Of a stretch of 32,000 bases of DNA, positions 9,501 to 18,529 are shown piece after piece (position 1 is the first letter of the stretch; each line of letters opens with the position of its first letter). Made by a program: the position numbers and the translations under genes. Under the pieces are notes generated by a model. That model worked only from the letters and a program-made list of their open reading frames with translations. It was not told the DNA's origin and searched no databases. Source of the stretch: Wolbachia endosymbiont strain TRS of Brugia malayi (lineage in GTDB: Bacteria > Pseudomonadota > Alphaproteobacteria > Rickettsiales > Anaplasmataceae); contig NC_006833.1 in the NCBI RefSeq assembly GCF_000008385.1, forward strand, positions 810,001 to 842,000. Direction: 5' to 3'.

Positions 9501-10478
9501 TTAGAAAACTTTTATAATATTTAACCCACTTACTTTCCTGTTTTCCATATCGTGATGAGCCTTGATTATTTCATCAAATTTATATTTTTTGTTAATCCTT
9601 ACAGTTAAAAGTTTTTTCTTTACCATCTCAAAGATTTCCATTGCAGTGAGAACTAATGCGAATCTGTCACGCTTGTAATGATATATTGAGGTTCCTGTGG
9701 CAAATAAAGAACGTGAACTAAGTAAAGAAAAACTAACCGGAGCAATACCTGATATCTGCCCATAGGAAACATATATACCAAATTTACTCAGAGATTCAAA
9801 AGAAAGCCTGCTTGTAGAATAGCCTATCGGATCATACACTGCACCTACTCCTCTGTTTTGTGTAATTTCCATAATTTTAGAAACAAAGTTTTTATCATTA
9901 TAATTTATTGCATATGTACAGCCATTCTGTAAAGCTACTTCCATTTTTTTGTCAGAACTTACAGAGCCTATAACTACACCCTTTTTATCCTTTGCCCATT
10001 GGCATATTATCTGTCCTAAACCGCCATTAGCCCCGTGAACTAGCACAAAAGCGCCAGGCTTTATTTTATAAGATTGATTAATCAAATAGTGAGCCGTCAT
10101 GCCTTTAAACAGCACCGCAGCTACAACTTCATCTGGTATTTCATCTGGAATTTTTACCAGATATTTCTGGTGTATGACACGTTTTTCACAATATGCTCCA
10201 GGTGGTGCCGTACAATATCCAACTCTATCTCCAATCTGTAAACTATCATCTATTTTTTTACCAAGCTTTTCAATAACTCCTACTGCTTCCACTCCAAGCA
10301 CTGATGGTAAACCTTTAATTTTGCGAACGCCTTTTCTATGCTCCAAGTCATAACGATTTAAGCCTATAGCTGTGTGACGTATTAAAACTTCCTCGCCTTT
10401 TGGCTCACCTATACTCTTATCTATAAACTCTAATACTTCTGGTCCTCCAGTTTTTTTAATTTGTACAGCTCCAACCAT
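9501..10478 (-). CDS. qor: NADPH:quinone oxidoreductase (zinc-independent MDR / zeta-crystallin type)
   Basis: 325-aa ORF with a GroES-like N-terminal domain (GGPEVLEF, EVLIRHTAIGLN) and a Rossmann site (VLVHGANGGLGQ). Confidence 0.85.
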   Translation of the reverse strand: MVGAVQIKKTGGPEVLEFIDKSIGEPKGEEVLIRHTAIGLNRYDLEHRKGVRKIKGLPSVLGVEAVGVIEKLGKKIDDSLQIGDRVGYCTAPPGAYCEKRVIHQKYLVKIPDEIPDEVVAAVLFKGMTAHYLINQSYKIKPGAFVLVHGANGGLGQIICQWAKDKKGVVIGSVSSDKKMEVALQNGCTYAINYNDKNFVSKIMEITQNRGVGAVYDPIGYSTSRLSFESLSKFGIYVSYGQISGIAPVSFSLLSSRSLFATGTSIYHYKRDRFALVLTAMEIFEMVKKKLLTVRINKKYKFDEIIKAHHDMENRKVSGLNIIKVF

Positions 10479-10581
10479 GATGAATATAAGATAAAAACTT
10501 TAATTATGTTACCTAACAACTAACCTCTTGCAAAACTATTTAGAGACTATACTGTAGGATGTATTAATAGTGAGATAAGTT

Positions 10582-11240
10582 ATGACAAATAAAAATTTTT
10601 ATTATACTCTGTGCAGAGTATCAAATAGCGTAAACAATGATTGTAATTTAAGTGCAACTAATATAATAGAAAAAATGAGAGAAAAGTTAAAAGAGGAGAC
10701 CAATCGACCTGAACTAGAAGCAAAAAAACTCCGTAGTACCTGGAAAGAAATCTTAATATTGATCACAAATTCAATATAGAAACAGAACTTTGTCATAAAT
10801 CAAGCAGTTTGCTTGAACAGCTATGGGTTACACTAGCACCTATTCTAAATTCTTCTTTTTGCTAAATGTGGCCAAAGCTTTAACAGAAGCAGGAGTTAAC
10901 ATACAAAATAGAAAAAAATATCTATATGCCTGTGCTTGGTTCGGTTCCACAGACTTATTGGCAGTTTTTCTAAAAGCAGAAGCAAGTAATGGCCAAATGA
11001 AGACTGTTGTGAAGAACCACTTTAGATCGTCCTGTTTGCTTATACAATAAAAATAAGTCAATCTAATATGGAATTTGCTGTAGGCTCTTAATTGAGCATG
11101 CATTAGAAAAAAATCCTAATGCAAAAATACCGGATCCTATAAAAAAAACGAAGAATCAGTTGAATATTGGAACGTTTGTAAAGCAAACAACGAAGAACGG
11201 AATTTGATTGATTTAACGCTAAATACTAAATACATGTAAT
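10582..11240 (+). pseudogene. Possible ankyrin-repeat protein remnant (fragmented)
   Basis: Short plus-strand ORFs in shifting frames. The best segment, LLNVAKALTEAGVNIQNRKKYLYACAWFGSTDLLAVFLKAEASN, loosely fits the ANK helix-turn-helix plus GA.vN pattern, followed by LLEHALEKNPNAKIPD. Weak evidence. Confidence 0.3.
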
Positions 11241-11364
11241 CAGTCCACAAAAAGTAAATAAGAACTCTTATTCAATTTAATAGTAAATGATATTGGAGTT
11301 TAGAAAGTTAAACTCCAGTATAAAGACAGCATTCGTTTGAGAATCAAGATAAAACTTATTATTT

Positions 11365-11495
11365 TTAATATAAAAGTAAAAATAATAATAATCTCCTCAT
11401 AACAGTAACTAATGCAATTTTAGCAGTTTTGTCAGAGTTAACCAGACACTGATAAAATGCTTTCATTTTTTTCTGCAACACATAGCAACAAGACA
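11365..11495 (-). mobile_element. IS110-family transposase C-terminal fragment
   Basis: The minus strand reads CLVAMCCRKKMKAFYQCLVNSDKTAKIALVTVMRRLLLFLLLY*. This matches the conserved IS110 tail pattern (..A.r.Np..kaFYqrL...GK..KvAlvAvmRKLl) as I recall it. No upstream catalytic domain remains. Confidence 0.45.
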
Positions 11496-11564
11496 AAATG
11501 TAAAAAAGTTGAATATTTATGTAGAGCAGCGTATAATCATTAATATTCTCTAAGTGCTTTGACT

Positions 11565-12500
11565 ATGGCTTTTTCTAAATTTTTAGATCCTAAGTTAAAC
11601 TTGACATTCAAAAAAATCTTCGGCACTGAAAAAAATAAGAATATCCTTATTTACTTTTTTAATGATGTCTTAGGCTTTACTGGTATTAATACCATACAGA
11701 AGTTGAGTTCCTTAGCATTTTATTATGAATCATGAGATCGCTTCTGATAAACAGAGTACCGTTGATGTTTTCTATGTAAGAATTTTCACGGTAACAGATA
11801 CATTGCAGAAACACATCTCGTTAGAGACAAAGGCTTTTAAAAACGTACTCAACTTTATGCTGTTAAAGTTTACTCAAAGCAATCTGGTAATTATTTGGAT
11901 TTTAAGGAAGTATTCTTTATTGTTATTTCCAATAATATTCTATTTCCTAAAGAGATTGATTATATTTCCACCCATAATATACATGACATAAAAATCAATG
12001 GATATTACTTAAAAGACTTTTAATTTGTCTTTATTAATTTGCCTAAATTTACAAAAGATAAAGATAAGGTAGAACAACTAGAGACTACAATAGAGCGTTA
12101 GTATTTTTTCTTTACGCATGCAGAGGAAACAACTGATAAAGATTTAAGAAAAATAGCAGAAAAATTACCAATAATAAAATTAGCATATAATGAATTAGAA
12201 AAATTTTATTGGGATGAGAAAGACCTAGTAGCACGTGAAGAAAAGGTAATGGATTTACAGAAAGAAGCTGCTATTTTAGAACAAAAACCCGATGATGCTA
12301 CTGAAAAAGGCAAAAAAAATCGGCAGAGACGAAGGCACCCAAATCGGACATCAAAAAGGGCAAAGCAGAGGGCGAAAAAACAGGCCAAAATAGCTGTGGC
12401 TCAAAATTTACTTAAGGCTGGTGCCTCCATAGAGGTTATAGTTAAAATTACTAGCTTTTCGGTAGATGACATTAAAAAACCCCAAGAGGGAATTACTTAA
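11565..12500 (+). pseudogene. Rpn/YhgA-like PD-(D/E)XK recombination-promoting nuclease (putative transposase) pseudogene
   Basis: Starts MAFSKFLDPKLNLTFKKIFGTEKNKNILIYFFNDVLGF, the classic family N-terminus. It continues across frames as NHEIASDKQSTVDV, RYIAETHLVRDKGF*KRTQLYAVKVYSKQ, KEVFFIVISNNILFP, LKDF*FVFINLPKF, THAEETTDKDLRKI, ELEKFYWDEKDL, and ends IAVAQNLLKAGASIEVIVKITSFSVDDI. Several stops and frameshifts. Confidence 0.8.
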
Positions 12501-12761
12501 GATGGTTTCTTTGATTGTTCAAGGCTTTTTTTAATTCGTCATACTTTTCACCTATTTGCCTAATCCATTAGGAGTTACATCCAATCTACTTCTTTTGAGC
12601 AAGATCACTGAAATGACACCATTTATTGTGTACATTACCTTAATAAAAGCAAATGTTCATACAGTTATATAACACAGCCATAGATTACATGAACAACCAA
12701 CTCTAACTTCCTCTTTTTGCTGAATATAGTGAAAACTTTTAAAACTTCAGTGTGAAAATCT

Positions 12762-14228
12762 TTAATCACTCGTTTCGTAGTACTTCTCAACCAATTTATT
12801 GAGTAATCTTACGCCAAAGCCCACTGCTCCTTTTGGAGAAATATCAGTGCCTTTTTCGTGCCAAGCTGTACCTGCAATATCTAAATGTGCCCAGCAAGTA
12901 TCATTTACAAAACGCTGTAAAAATTGTGCAGCCATTATGCTATCTCCACCAGAACCTGTAGGAGCTATGTTTTGCACATCAGCAATCGGCGAATCGATAA
13001 TTTTATCGTAAGTTTCATTCATAGGAAAACGCCATAACTTCTCATTTGCTTCATTTCCTGCCTCAACGAGACGATTTGCTAATTCATCATTGTTGGAAAA
13101 AAGACCAGCATATTCATTATTCCCAAGTGCAACTACTATAGCACCAGTTAAAGTTGCAAGATCAATCATAAATTCAGGCGCAAATCTGTCCTGCGTATAC
13201 CATAAAGCGTCTGCAAGTACGAGCCTTCCTTCTGCATCAGTGTTTAACACTTCTATTGTCTGTCCAGACATTGAAGTTACTACATCGCTCGGCCTTTGAG
13301 CATTACCATCTATTGCATTTTCTGCAAGTGCAACCACACCGACTGCATTTATCCTCGCTTTTCGCCCAGCTAGAGTGCGCATCACTCCAACCACAGCAGC
13401 AGAGCCCGCCATGTCATACTTCATTGACTCCATACCACGTGAAGGTTTAAGCGATACTCCACCAGTATCAAATGTTATACCTTTACCCACAAAAGCTATC
13501 GGTTTTTGTTCTTTAGAAGCTCCATTCCATCTTATTACTACCAACTTAGGCTCTTTACTACTTCCTTGTGCTACTCCAAGCAAAGCTCCCATTTTCTTCT
13601 TTTCCATCTGCTTTTTATCAAGCACTTCAATTTCAAGACCAAATTTAGTAAGTTCGCTTTTTATACAGTCAGCATAGGACTCTGGGTACAAAACGTTAGG
13701 TGGTTCAGTGATGAAAGTACGCGCAAGAAATATGCCTTCACCTTCTTGTCTTAAATGCTCAAACGATTTTTCAGCATCGTTTAACTGCTCATCTTTTGCT
13801 AGTACCATAATCTCCTCTACTTCTGTAATTTCTTCATCCTTCTTAGTTTTATACTTATCAAACTTAAAACTACGTAGGAATGCACCATATGCAATATTTT
13901 CTGCACTGCCTTCAATTGAAACCGTTGCTTGTTTAATCTTTAATCTGCCTAGCTCACAATATATTTTACCGCCAACACTTAATTCCTTATTTTCATTCCA
14001 TTCATCTCTCTTACCAAGCCCAACAATTATAACATTCTTACCATCTGATAAAGTAACAGAAAAAAATTCACCAAAGCCTCCATTGAAGTGACTAAATTTC
14101 TTGATGCTATTTATAATCTGCTTGTCTTGCAGAACCTTGCCATTACTTACGAGCTCACCATCTTCAAATAAACCTACCACTAGTGTTTCAAAATCAGGTA
14201 AAACTTTAGAAATTGTTATTTTCATCAT
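12762..14228 (-). CDS. pepA: Leucyl aminopeptidase (M17)
   Basis: 488-aa ORF with M17 motifs (VGKGITFDTGGVSLKP, MKYDMAGSAAV, NTDAEGRLVLADAL). Confidence 0.95.
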   Translation of the reverse strand: MMKITISKVLPDFETLVVGLFEDGELVSNGKVLQDKQIINSIKKFSHFNGGFGEFFSVTLSDGKNVIIVGLGKRDEWNENKELSVGGKIYCELGRLKIKQATVSIEGSAENIAYGAFLRSFKFDKYKTKKDEEITEVEEIMVLAKDEQLNDAEKSFEHLRQEGEGIFLARTFITEPPNVLYPESYADCIKSELTKFGLEIEVLDKKQMEKKKMGALLGVAQGSSKEPKLVVIRWNGASKEQKPIAFVGKGITFDTGGVSLKPSRGMESMKYDMAGSAAVVGVMRTLAGRKARINAVGVVALAENAIDGNAQRPSDVVTSMSGQTIEVLNTDAEGRLVLADALWYTQDRFAPEFMIDLATLTGAIVVALGNNEYAGLFSNNDELANRLVEAGNEANEKLWRFPMNETYDKIIDSPIADVQNIAPTGSGGDSIMAAQFLQRFVNDTCWAHLDIAGTAWHEKGTDISPKGAVGFGVRLLNKLVEKYYETSD

Positions 14229-14286
14229 TCATAGCTCCATACTTAATCAGGGTAATATTTACCAGAACGGCCGAAAAATACAAGTT

Positions 14287-14937
14287 TTATTTCTTACCAG
14301 AAAACTTATTATATCCGCTCAAGGTAATGTTAAACGTATAGGTTTTAATGGCCCGGTTGTTATAACCAAATGGTGCTATCAGAAGGCTTGCAAGCCCACT
14401 GTCGATAAAACTTTCAAGAACAGAATCAGCACAGTTGTCGCAATTATGGTCAGCAAAAAACATTTGTGTTGCGAATTCTGGAAAATCTGGATGTTGAACC
14501 AAAAAGTTGATGTGTGGAGCCCTATCACCAATTTTACCAGGTGCTACTGTAATAAAATTATAATACCCAAGGTTATTCACTATAAACCTGCCTGATCCAG
14601 CAAAATTTGGATCAAGTTGATTACCTTCCATATTCTCATCATAATGGTTCACGCCACATGAATTCGCGTGCCATATAGAAACTACAGCATTTTGTATTGG
14701 CAAACAGTTTATATCAGTAATCCTACCTACTATATTTATCAATTCCCCTGTTGCACTACTTAGGGAACCAGGCTTTCTTCTTAAATTATTTGAAGAGTTA
14801 AAAATTTTTGGCCTCGCATCAAGATCATATACTCCCGGAGTTTCAATACAGTTGAGCAAAATAGGATCAGCTGCAAACAACGGTAAACTGAGTACAGCTT
14901 GTGCTAAAAAAGCTAATAAGATACTTCTTATATTCAT
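14287..14937 (-). CDS. Secreted intradiol-dioxygenase-fold protein (PcaH-like), probably non-catalytic
   Basis: 216 aa. Signal peptide MNIRSILLAFLAQAVLSLPLFA followed by AD. The core VSIWHANSCGVNHYDEN..GYYNFITVAPGKIGDRAPHINFLV..TQMFFAD parallels the protocatechuate 3,4-dioxygenase beta and catechol 1,2-dioxygenase core. It has HIN where HIH is expected and no Tyr after PG. Confidence 0.7.
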   Translation of the reverse strand: MNIRSILLAFLAQAVLSLPLFAADPILLNCIETPGVYDLDARPKIFNSSNNLRRKPGSLSSATGELINIVGRITDINCLPIQNAVVSIWHANSCGVNHYDENMEGNQLDPNFAGSGRFIVNNLGYYNFITVAPGKIGDRAPHINFLVQHPDFPEFATQMFFADHNCDNCADSVLESFIDSGLASLLIAPFGYNNRAIKTYTFNITLSGYNKFSGKK

Positions 14938-14997
14938 TTTACTTACAACGCCTTCTCTTGGATTATAGCAATTTTTTCTCTTTTTTTAAAGATGTTA

Positions 14998-15302
14998 CTA
15001 TTCTATATCAAGAACAACCATGAATTCATTAGGATTTACATAATCCAAAGCACCTTTTGCTTATTTATCAAGCAAATCTAAGCCTTTTTCATATAAGCCA
15101 AATACTTCGTTACTCAACATCTCTTTCTTAAAAAAGAGATATTCTTTAACAAAAATTTATTGTACCCTACCTCTTTTTTTTAATTTATTAATACCAATAA
15201 GCCATGTCTACCTGTGATTGTACTGATACTAAAATATAGTGCAAGAGAAGAAATGAGTAAAGCTACACTTAAATACAGTAACCTTTTCTTTTTTTGAGGC
15301 AT
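14998..15302 (-). pseudogene. ftsB: Septum formation initiator FtsB/DivIC-family pseudogene
   Basis: MPQKKKRLLYLSVALLISSLALYFSISTITGRHGLLVLIN*KKEVGYNKFLLKNISFL.. then, after a frameshift, ..KKEMLSNEVFGLYEKGLDLLDK*AKGALDYVNPNEFMVVLDIE*. This gives the FtsB architecture: TM helix, G..GLL, coiled coil, LD.dLLdeqAr..Lgy..pnE. In-frame TAA at 15182..15180 and 15063..15061; one frameshift between about 15130 and 15160. Confidence 0.6.
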
Positions 15303-15474
15303 ACTTCTACACATAAGAAATTGAGAAACACATAACACGAAAAAGGTGAACAAAAAACTAAACCTCCTTCAGGACTCTTTTATAATACCTTTCCAAACCA
15401 AGCACTTACACTAGAAAGCACACTAACACCCATATGTAGTATTGTACTTTCCCCTTGCCTCAAGACAACCAACC

Positions 15475-15603
15475 TTAAGAGCCCTGGCGTGTTTTGCACC
15501 TTGGCTTTATTTCATTTATAATATAAATCCTACCGCCCCTTTTTACAACTTTACAATTTTTATCTCTGTTGCGGTGGGATTTTAATGACCCTTTGACTTT
15601 CAT
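15475..15603 (-). CDS. rpmJ: 50S ribosomal protein L36
   Basis: 42-codon ORF below the ORF-track cutoff: [42 protein letters not shown]. It matches the long L36 form as I recall it for Alphaproteobacteria. Confidence 0.85.
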   Translation of the reverse strand: MKVKGSLKSHRNRDKNCKVVKRGGRIYIINEIKPRCKTRQGS

Positions 15604-15670
15604 ATCCATTTCAGCACTAAATAACTAATATTATAGTCATCTATAAAAAGTTAGTCAATTGATAAATTAC

Positions 15671-16489
15671 CTACATCCTATTAAAATATTGTATAATTGT
15701 TGCTGATACTTCCTCGATTGACTTTTGTGTTACATCAATAATTGGCCAATTATTTTGTTTAAAGAGCTCCTCTGCTTTTTTAATTTCCTTCTCTACTTTC
15801 TTAGGATCAGCATATATACTATTATCTTCGTTATTAATTGAAGTAAGCCTATTTTTCCGTATTTCGACTAGCCTATTTACATCTATTGTTAACCCTATTG
15901 TTAGTTTGTCTTTTAATTTTGCTAAGTCAAAGTAAAAGGGTATCTCACCAACAAAAGGAATATTTGCAACCTTATAGCCACGATAAGCTAAATACATACT
16001 AGTAGGAGATTTTGATGTGCGTGAAACTCCAATCAAGATTATGTCTGATTTATCAATATCTTGAATATTTTGTCCATCATCATGATTAATAGTGTAGTTT
16101 ATCGCCTCGATGCGCTGAAAATATTCATTATTTATCTCAGTATGCAAGTCGAACTTTTCGTCTTTTTCAATCTCAAGATAGGATGAAATTTCCCTCATAA
16201 TATGTGATAATATCGCTCTATAGGGAATTTTCAATTTTACACAGTTATCTTTTAGATATTTTCTTAGCTTATCATTAGTAATAGTACATATAACAAAGTT
16301 ATGCTCATTACTTTTCTTATTAATTTCCTCCAAAATTTTATCAATTTGTTCTTCTTCTTTCACAAAAGACCAAACATATTCGACTGTTTCTATAGAACGA
16401 AAGTGTTTCAGAGCTGATTTTGCAACTGATATGACAGTTTCACCGCTTGAGTCGGATACTAAGTGTAGATTGAGCTTTTTAAGAGTCAT
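15671..16489 (-). CDS. Pyruvate, phosphate dikinase regulatory protein (PDRP/PpsR, DUF299 kinase-pyrophosphorylase)
   Basis: 272-aa ORF beginning [12 protein letters not shown], with a P-loop [31 protein letters not shown] typical of the family. Confidence 0.85.
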   Translation of the reverse strand: MTLKKLNLHLVSDSSGETVISVAKSALKHFRSIETVEYVWSFVKEEEQIDKILEEINKKSNEHNFVICTITNDKLRKYLKDNCVKLKIPYRAILSHIMREISSYLEIEKDEKFDLHTEINNEYFQRIEAINYTINHDDGQNIQDIDKSDIILIGVSRTSKSPTSMYLAYRGYKVANIPFVGEIPFYFDLAKLKDKLTIGLTIDVNRLVEIRKNRLTSINNEDNSIYADPKKVEKEIKKAEELFKQNNWPIIDVTQKSIEEVSATIIQYFNRM

Positions 16490-16762
16490 ATTTTTACAGC
16501 ATCATGTTAAATAATAGTATAGACCTAAGCAACCTACTACTAAAATTACACAAACATATAAAAACAGAGAGTCAAACTAAAAACTGCTTGACAAACTTTG
16601 CCAGTTCCCTTATTGTAACATTGAAGCTATTTATTTATCTTTAGTCTATGCAAATTAAATGATAAAAAAACTCAATGTACTTGGTGCTTCATATTTAATT
16701 TTTTGCACTATATGCACCGCATGTCTTTATAACTTTTCAAGGTTTTTACTTAATATAAGTTG

Positions 16763-16886
16763 AAATACGCTTATTAAAGCATTCAATACAGTAAAAAAAC
16801 GTCAATTTAAAAAATAGATAGTGAATAACTAGCTAACAGTTTTCTTGCCTTTCTTTTGCTTAGTAAGTTTCTTAAATATTTGTAGC
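16763..16886 (+). repeat. Dispersed intergenic repeat, copy B
   Basis: aaatacgcttattaaag..aaaaaaacgtcaat..gtgaataactagctaacagttttcttgcctttcttttgcttagtaagtttcttaaatatttgtagc is collinear with copy A. Confidence 0.75.
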
Positions 16887-17122
16887 TGAAGTAATTTAGG
16901 AGTAACCCAAAATAGTATCATTTCAGCGTATGACATCGTAATCCAGATCGGACACTAAGTTGTAACGTAAAAGTAGCTAATCTCATGTTAAAATACAATT
17001 TTTAACGGGATTGCGTGAAAGTTGATTGTGCTAATTTGCTGGCCCACATAAACATAGACACTATCCTGTTGATAAAGCTCAAGCTAACTGATAAATTCTT
17101 AACACAACTATTCTTGAAGTAA

Positions 17123-17833
17123 ATGTTTTTATTAAAGCCCAAAAATTTCTTTTACTTTGCTAAGAAAGCTTTGCCTTGGCTTGGGGTTATTTGTTTTGCA
17201 TGTTTTTTAGCCGGAATGTTTTTAGCCTTATTCTTCTCTCCAGAGGATTATAAACAAGGAGAAATTGTACGCATTATGTATCTTCATGTGCCTTCTGCAT
17301 GGTTTTCTCTCGGAACATATGGATTAATTGCACTACTCAGTTTCATTTCCTTAGTGTGGAGTAATAGCATTGCCAGCGTTTTGGCACACGCTGCTGCTCC
17401 TGTAGGGGTGGTCTTCTCTGCAATATGTTTAATCACAGGCAGCATCTGGGGAAAAGGAACCTGGGGTACTTGGTGGGTATGGGATGCAAGGCTCACTTCA
17501 ATGTTGATTTTATTTTTTCTATACGTTGGATACCTTTCATTGTGGAATGCTTTTGACAATGAAGAAAGAGCCAAAAAATCAGCAGCAGTATTTGCCATCT
17601 TTAGTGCTATAAATATCCCTATAGTAAAATTCTCTGTGAATCTGTGGGCTACTCTCCACCAGCCAGCAAGTATTCTCAGAAAAGGTGGAATAGCAATAGA
17701 AGGTTCTCTACTGTTGCCATTAATTGCAATGTTTATATTTTGTACCACATTTTTTTTAGTAGTGTGGGCATTGTATTCACTTTACCTGATTAATTTGTAT
17801 AAGATAAAGAGAGAGATTAGTGTACGTTATTAA
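17123..17833 (+). CDS. ccmC: Heme exporter protein C (cytochrome c maturation)
   Basis: 236-aa membrane ORF with the tryptophan-rich WWD motif (WGKGTWGTWWVWDARLTS). Confidence 0.93.
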   Translation: MFLLKPKNFFYFAKKALPWLGVICFACFLAGMFLALFFSPEDYKQGEIVRIMYLHVPSAWFSLGTYGLIALLSFISLVWSNSIASVLAHAAAPVGVVFSAICLITGSIWGKGTWGTWWVWDARLTSMLILFFLYVGYLSLWNAFDNEERAKKSAAVFAIFSAINIPIVKFSVNLWATLHQPASILRKGGIAIEGSLLLPLIAMFIFCTTFFLVVWALYSLYLINLYKIKREISVRY

Positions 17834-17913
17834 ACCTACTACAAATGTACATATATAACACTTTCCTTGTGTCATTACCTGACTCAGACAGCTTTATGTA
17901 AACACTTTTTTCA

Positions 17914-18150
17914 TTGAAAAATTCAGAAAAATGTTGTACTGTTGTTACAGTATTAGACTTCAGTAAAACTTATGGCAGATTCAGAATTTACATAGCACTC
18001 AACCCAAAAATCTCACATCACCTTACTAGACTAGCTGAATTTACTAAGGAAGCTGTTCAAGAGTTGGCAAAAAGGTTAATCACAGAAGGAATCGAATGTA
18101 AAATAGAGGGAGATTACATTAGCCGATGTTATTATAAGAAGAGGATATAA
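17914..18150 (+). CDS. Hypothetical protein; possible ribbon-helix-helix antitoxin
   Basis: 78-aa ORF with a TTG start and no in-frame ATG. RFRIYIALNPKISHHLTRLAEFTKEAVQELAKRLITEGIE fits a strand-helix-helix pattern. It sits directly upstream of a RelE/ParE-like remnant. Confidence 0.35.
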   Translation: MKNSEKCCTVVTVLDFSKTYGRFRIYIALNPKISHHLTRLAEFTKEAVQELAKRLITEGIECKIEGDYISRCYYKKRI

Positions 18151-18447
18151 ATTAGAGCACAGTGCTATCTGAAAGAGCGAGGATATGAACTAAAATATAA
18201 CATTATCTACTCAAAAAACTTTACTGAAATAGATTTTCTAAATCTTCCAAAAATAACAAGATCAAGAATTACAAAGGTGATAAATGATCGACTCACAACT
18301 GATCCAATTAAATTCAGCAAACTATTACGTAGTAGGTTAAAAGAGAATAGAAGATTATCAAAGGAATATAATTTACTTATAATATCTAATGAAAATTTAA
18401 TATACCTGGCTATAGCTAGGGTTATGATAAAGAGGTGCTTTCCTTAG
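18151..18447 (+). pseudogene. RelE/ParE-family toxin remnant (start codon lost)
   Basis: An open frame with no ATG, GTG or TTG ahead of the conserved part reads GYELKYNIIYSKNFTEIDFLNLPKITRSRITKVINDRLTTDPIKFSKLLRSRLKENRRLSKEYNLLIISNENLIYLAIA. This follows the RelE/ParE pattern (i.fs..a.kdl.kLpk....ri...i..l..nP......l.g.l....rlrvgdyRliy.i......i..i). An ATG at 18185 lies one frame off. Confidence 0.5.
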
Positions 18448-18529
18448 TTCACTAATTTGTGAACAATTTCTAAGATACATAGATTTGATTTTTTTTGGGA
18501 TATTAGCATGATACAAATTCGAGAGTATG

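Noticed and set aside
10099-10353. 84-aa plus-strand ORF inside qor
   Set aside because: It is an antisense shadow ORF.
10602-11103. Minus-strand ORFs of 64 and 87 aa in the qor-pepA gap
   Set aside because: They have no recognisable family. The plus strand has a weak ankyrin-like pattern. I treat the region as decayed DNA and do not call these as genes.
12206-12388. 60-aa minus-strand ORF
   Set aside because: It is antisense to the clearly recognisable C-terminal part of the Rpn pseudogene.
12501-12761. 260-nt gap between the Rpn pseudogene and pepA, with a short minus-strand reading ..QIGEKYDELKKALNNQRNHLK*
   Set aside because: The reading is too short, is interrupted by stops and matches no recognisable family.
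12799-14595. Seven plus-strand ORFs (64-164 aa) stacked over pepA and the dioxygenase-like gene
   Set aside because: They are antisense to strongly supported genes, have low-complexity S/L/P/F-rich translations, match no recognisable family and overlap one another. They are typical shadow ORFs.
15303-15353. Alternative upstream TTG start for ftsB, preceded by AGGAGG
   Set aside because: It would add a second hydrophobic segment atypical of FtsB. The gene is broken downstream anyway, so I kept ATG 15302.
17284-17748. 154-aa minus-strand ORF inside ccmC
   Set aside because: The plus-strand reading carries the diagnostic CcmC WWD motif. The antisense product has no recognisable features.
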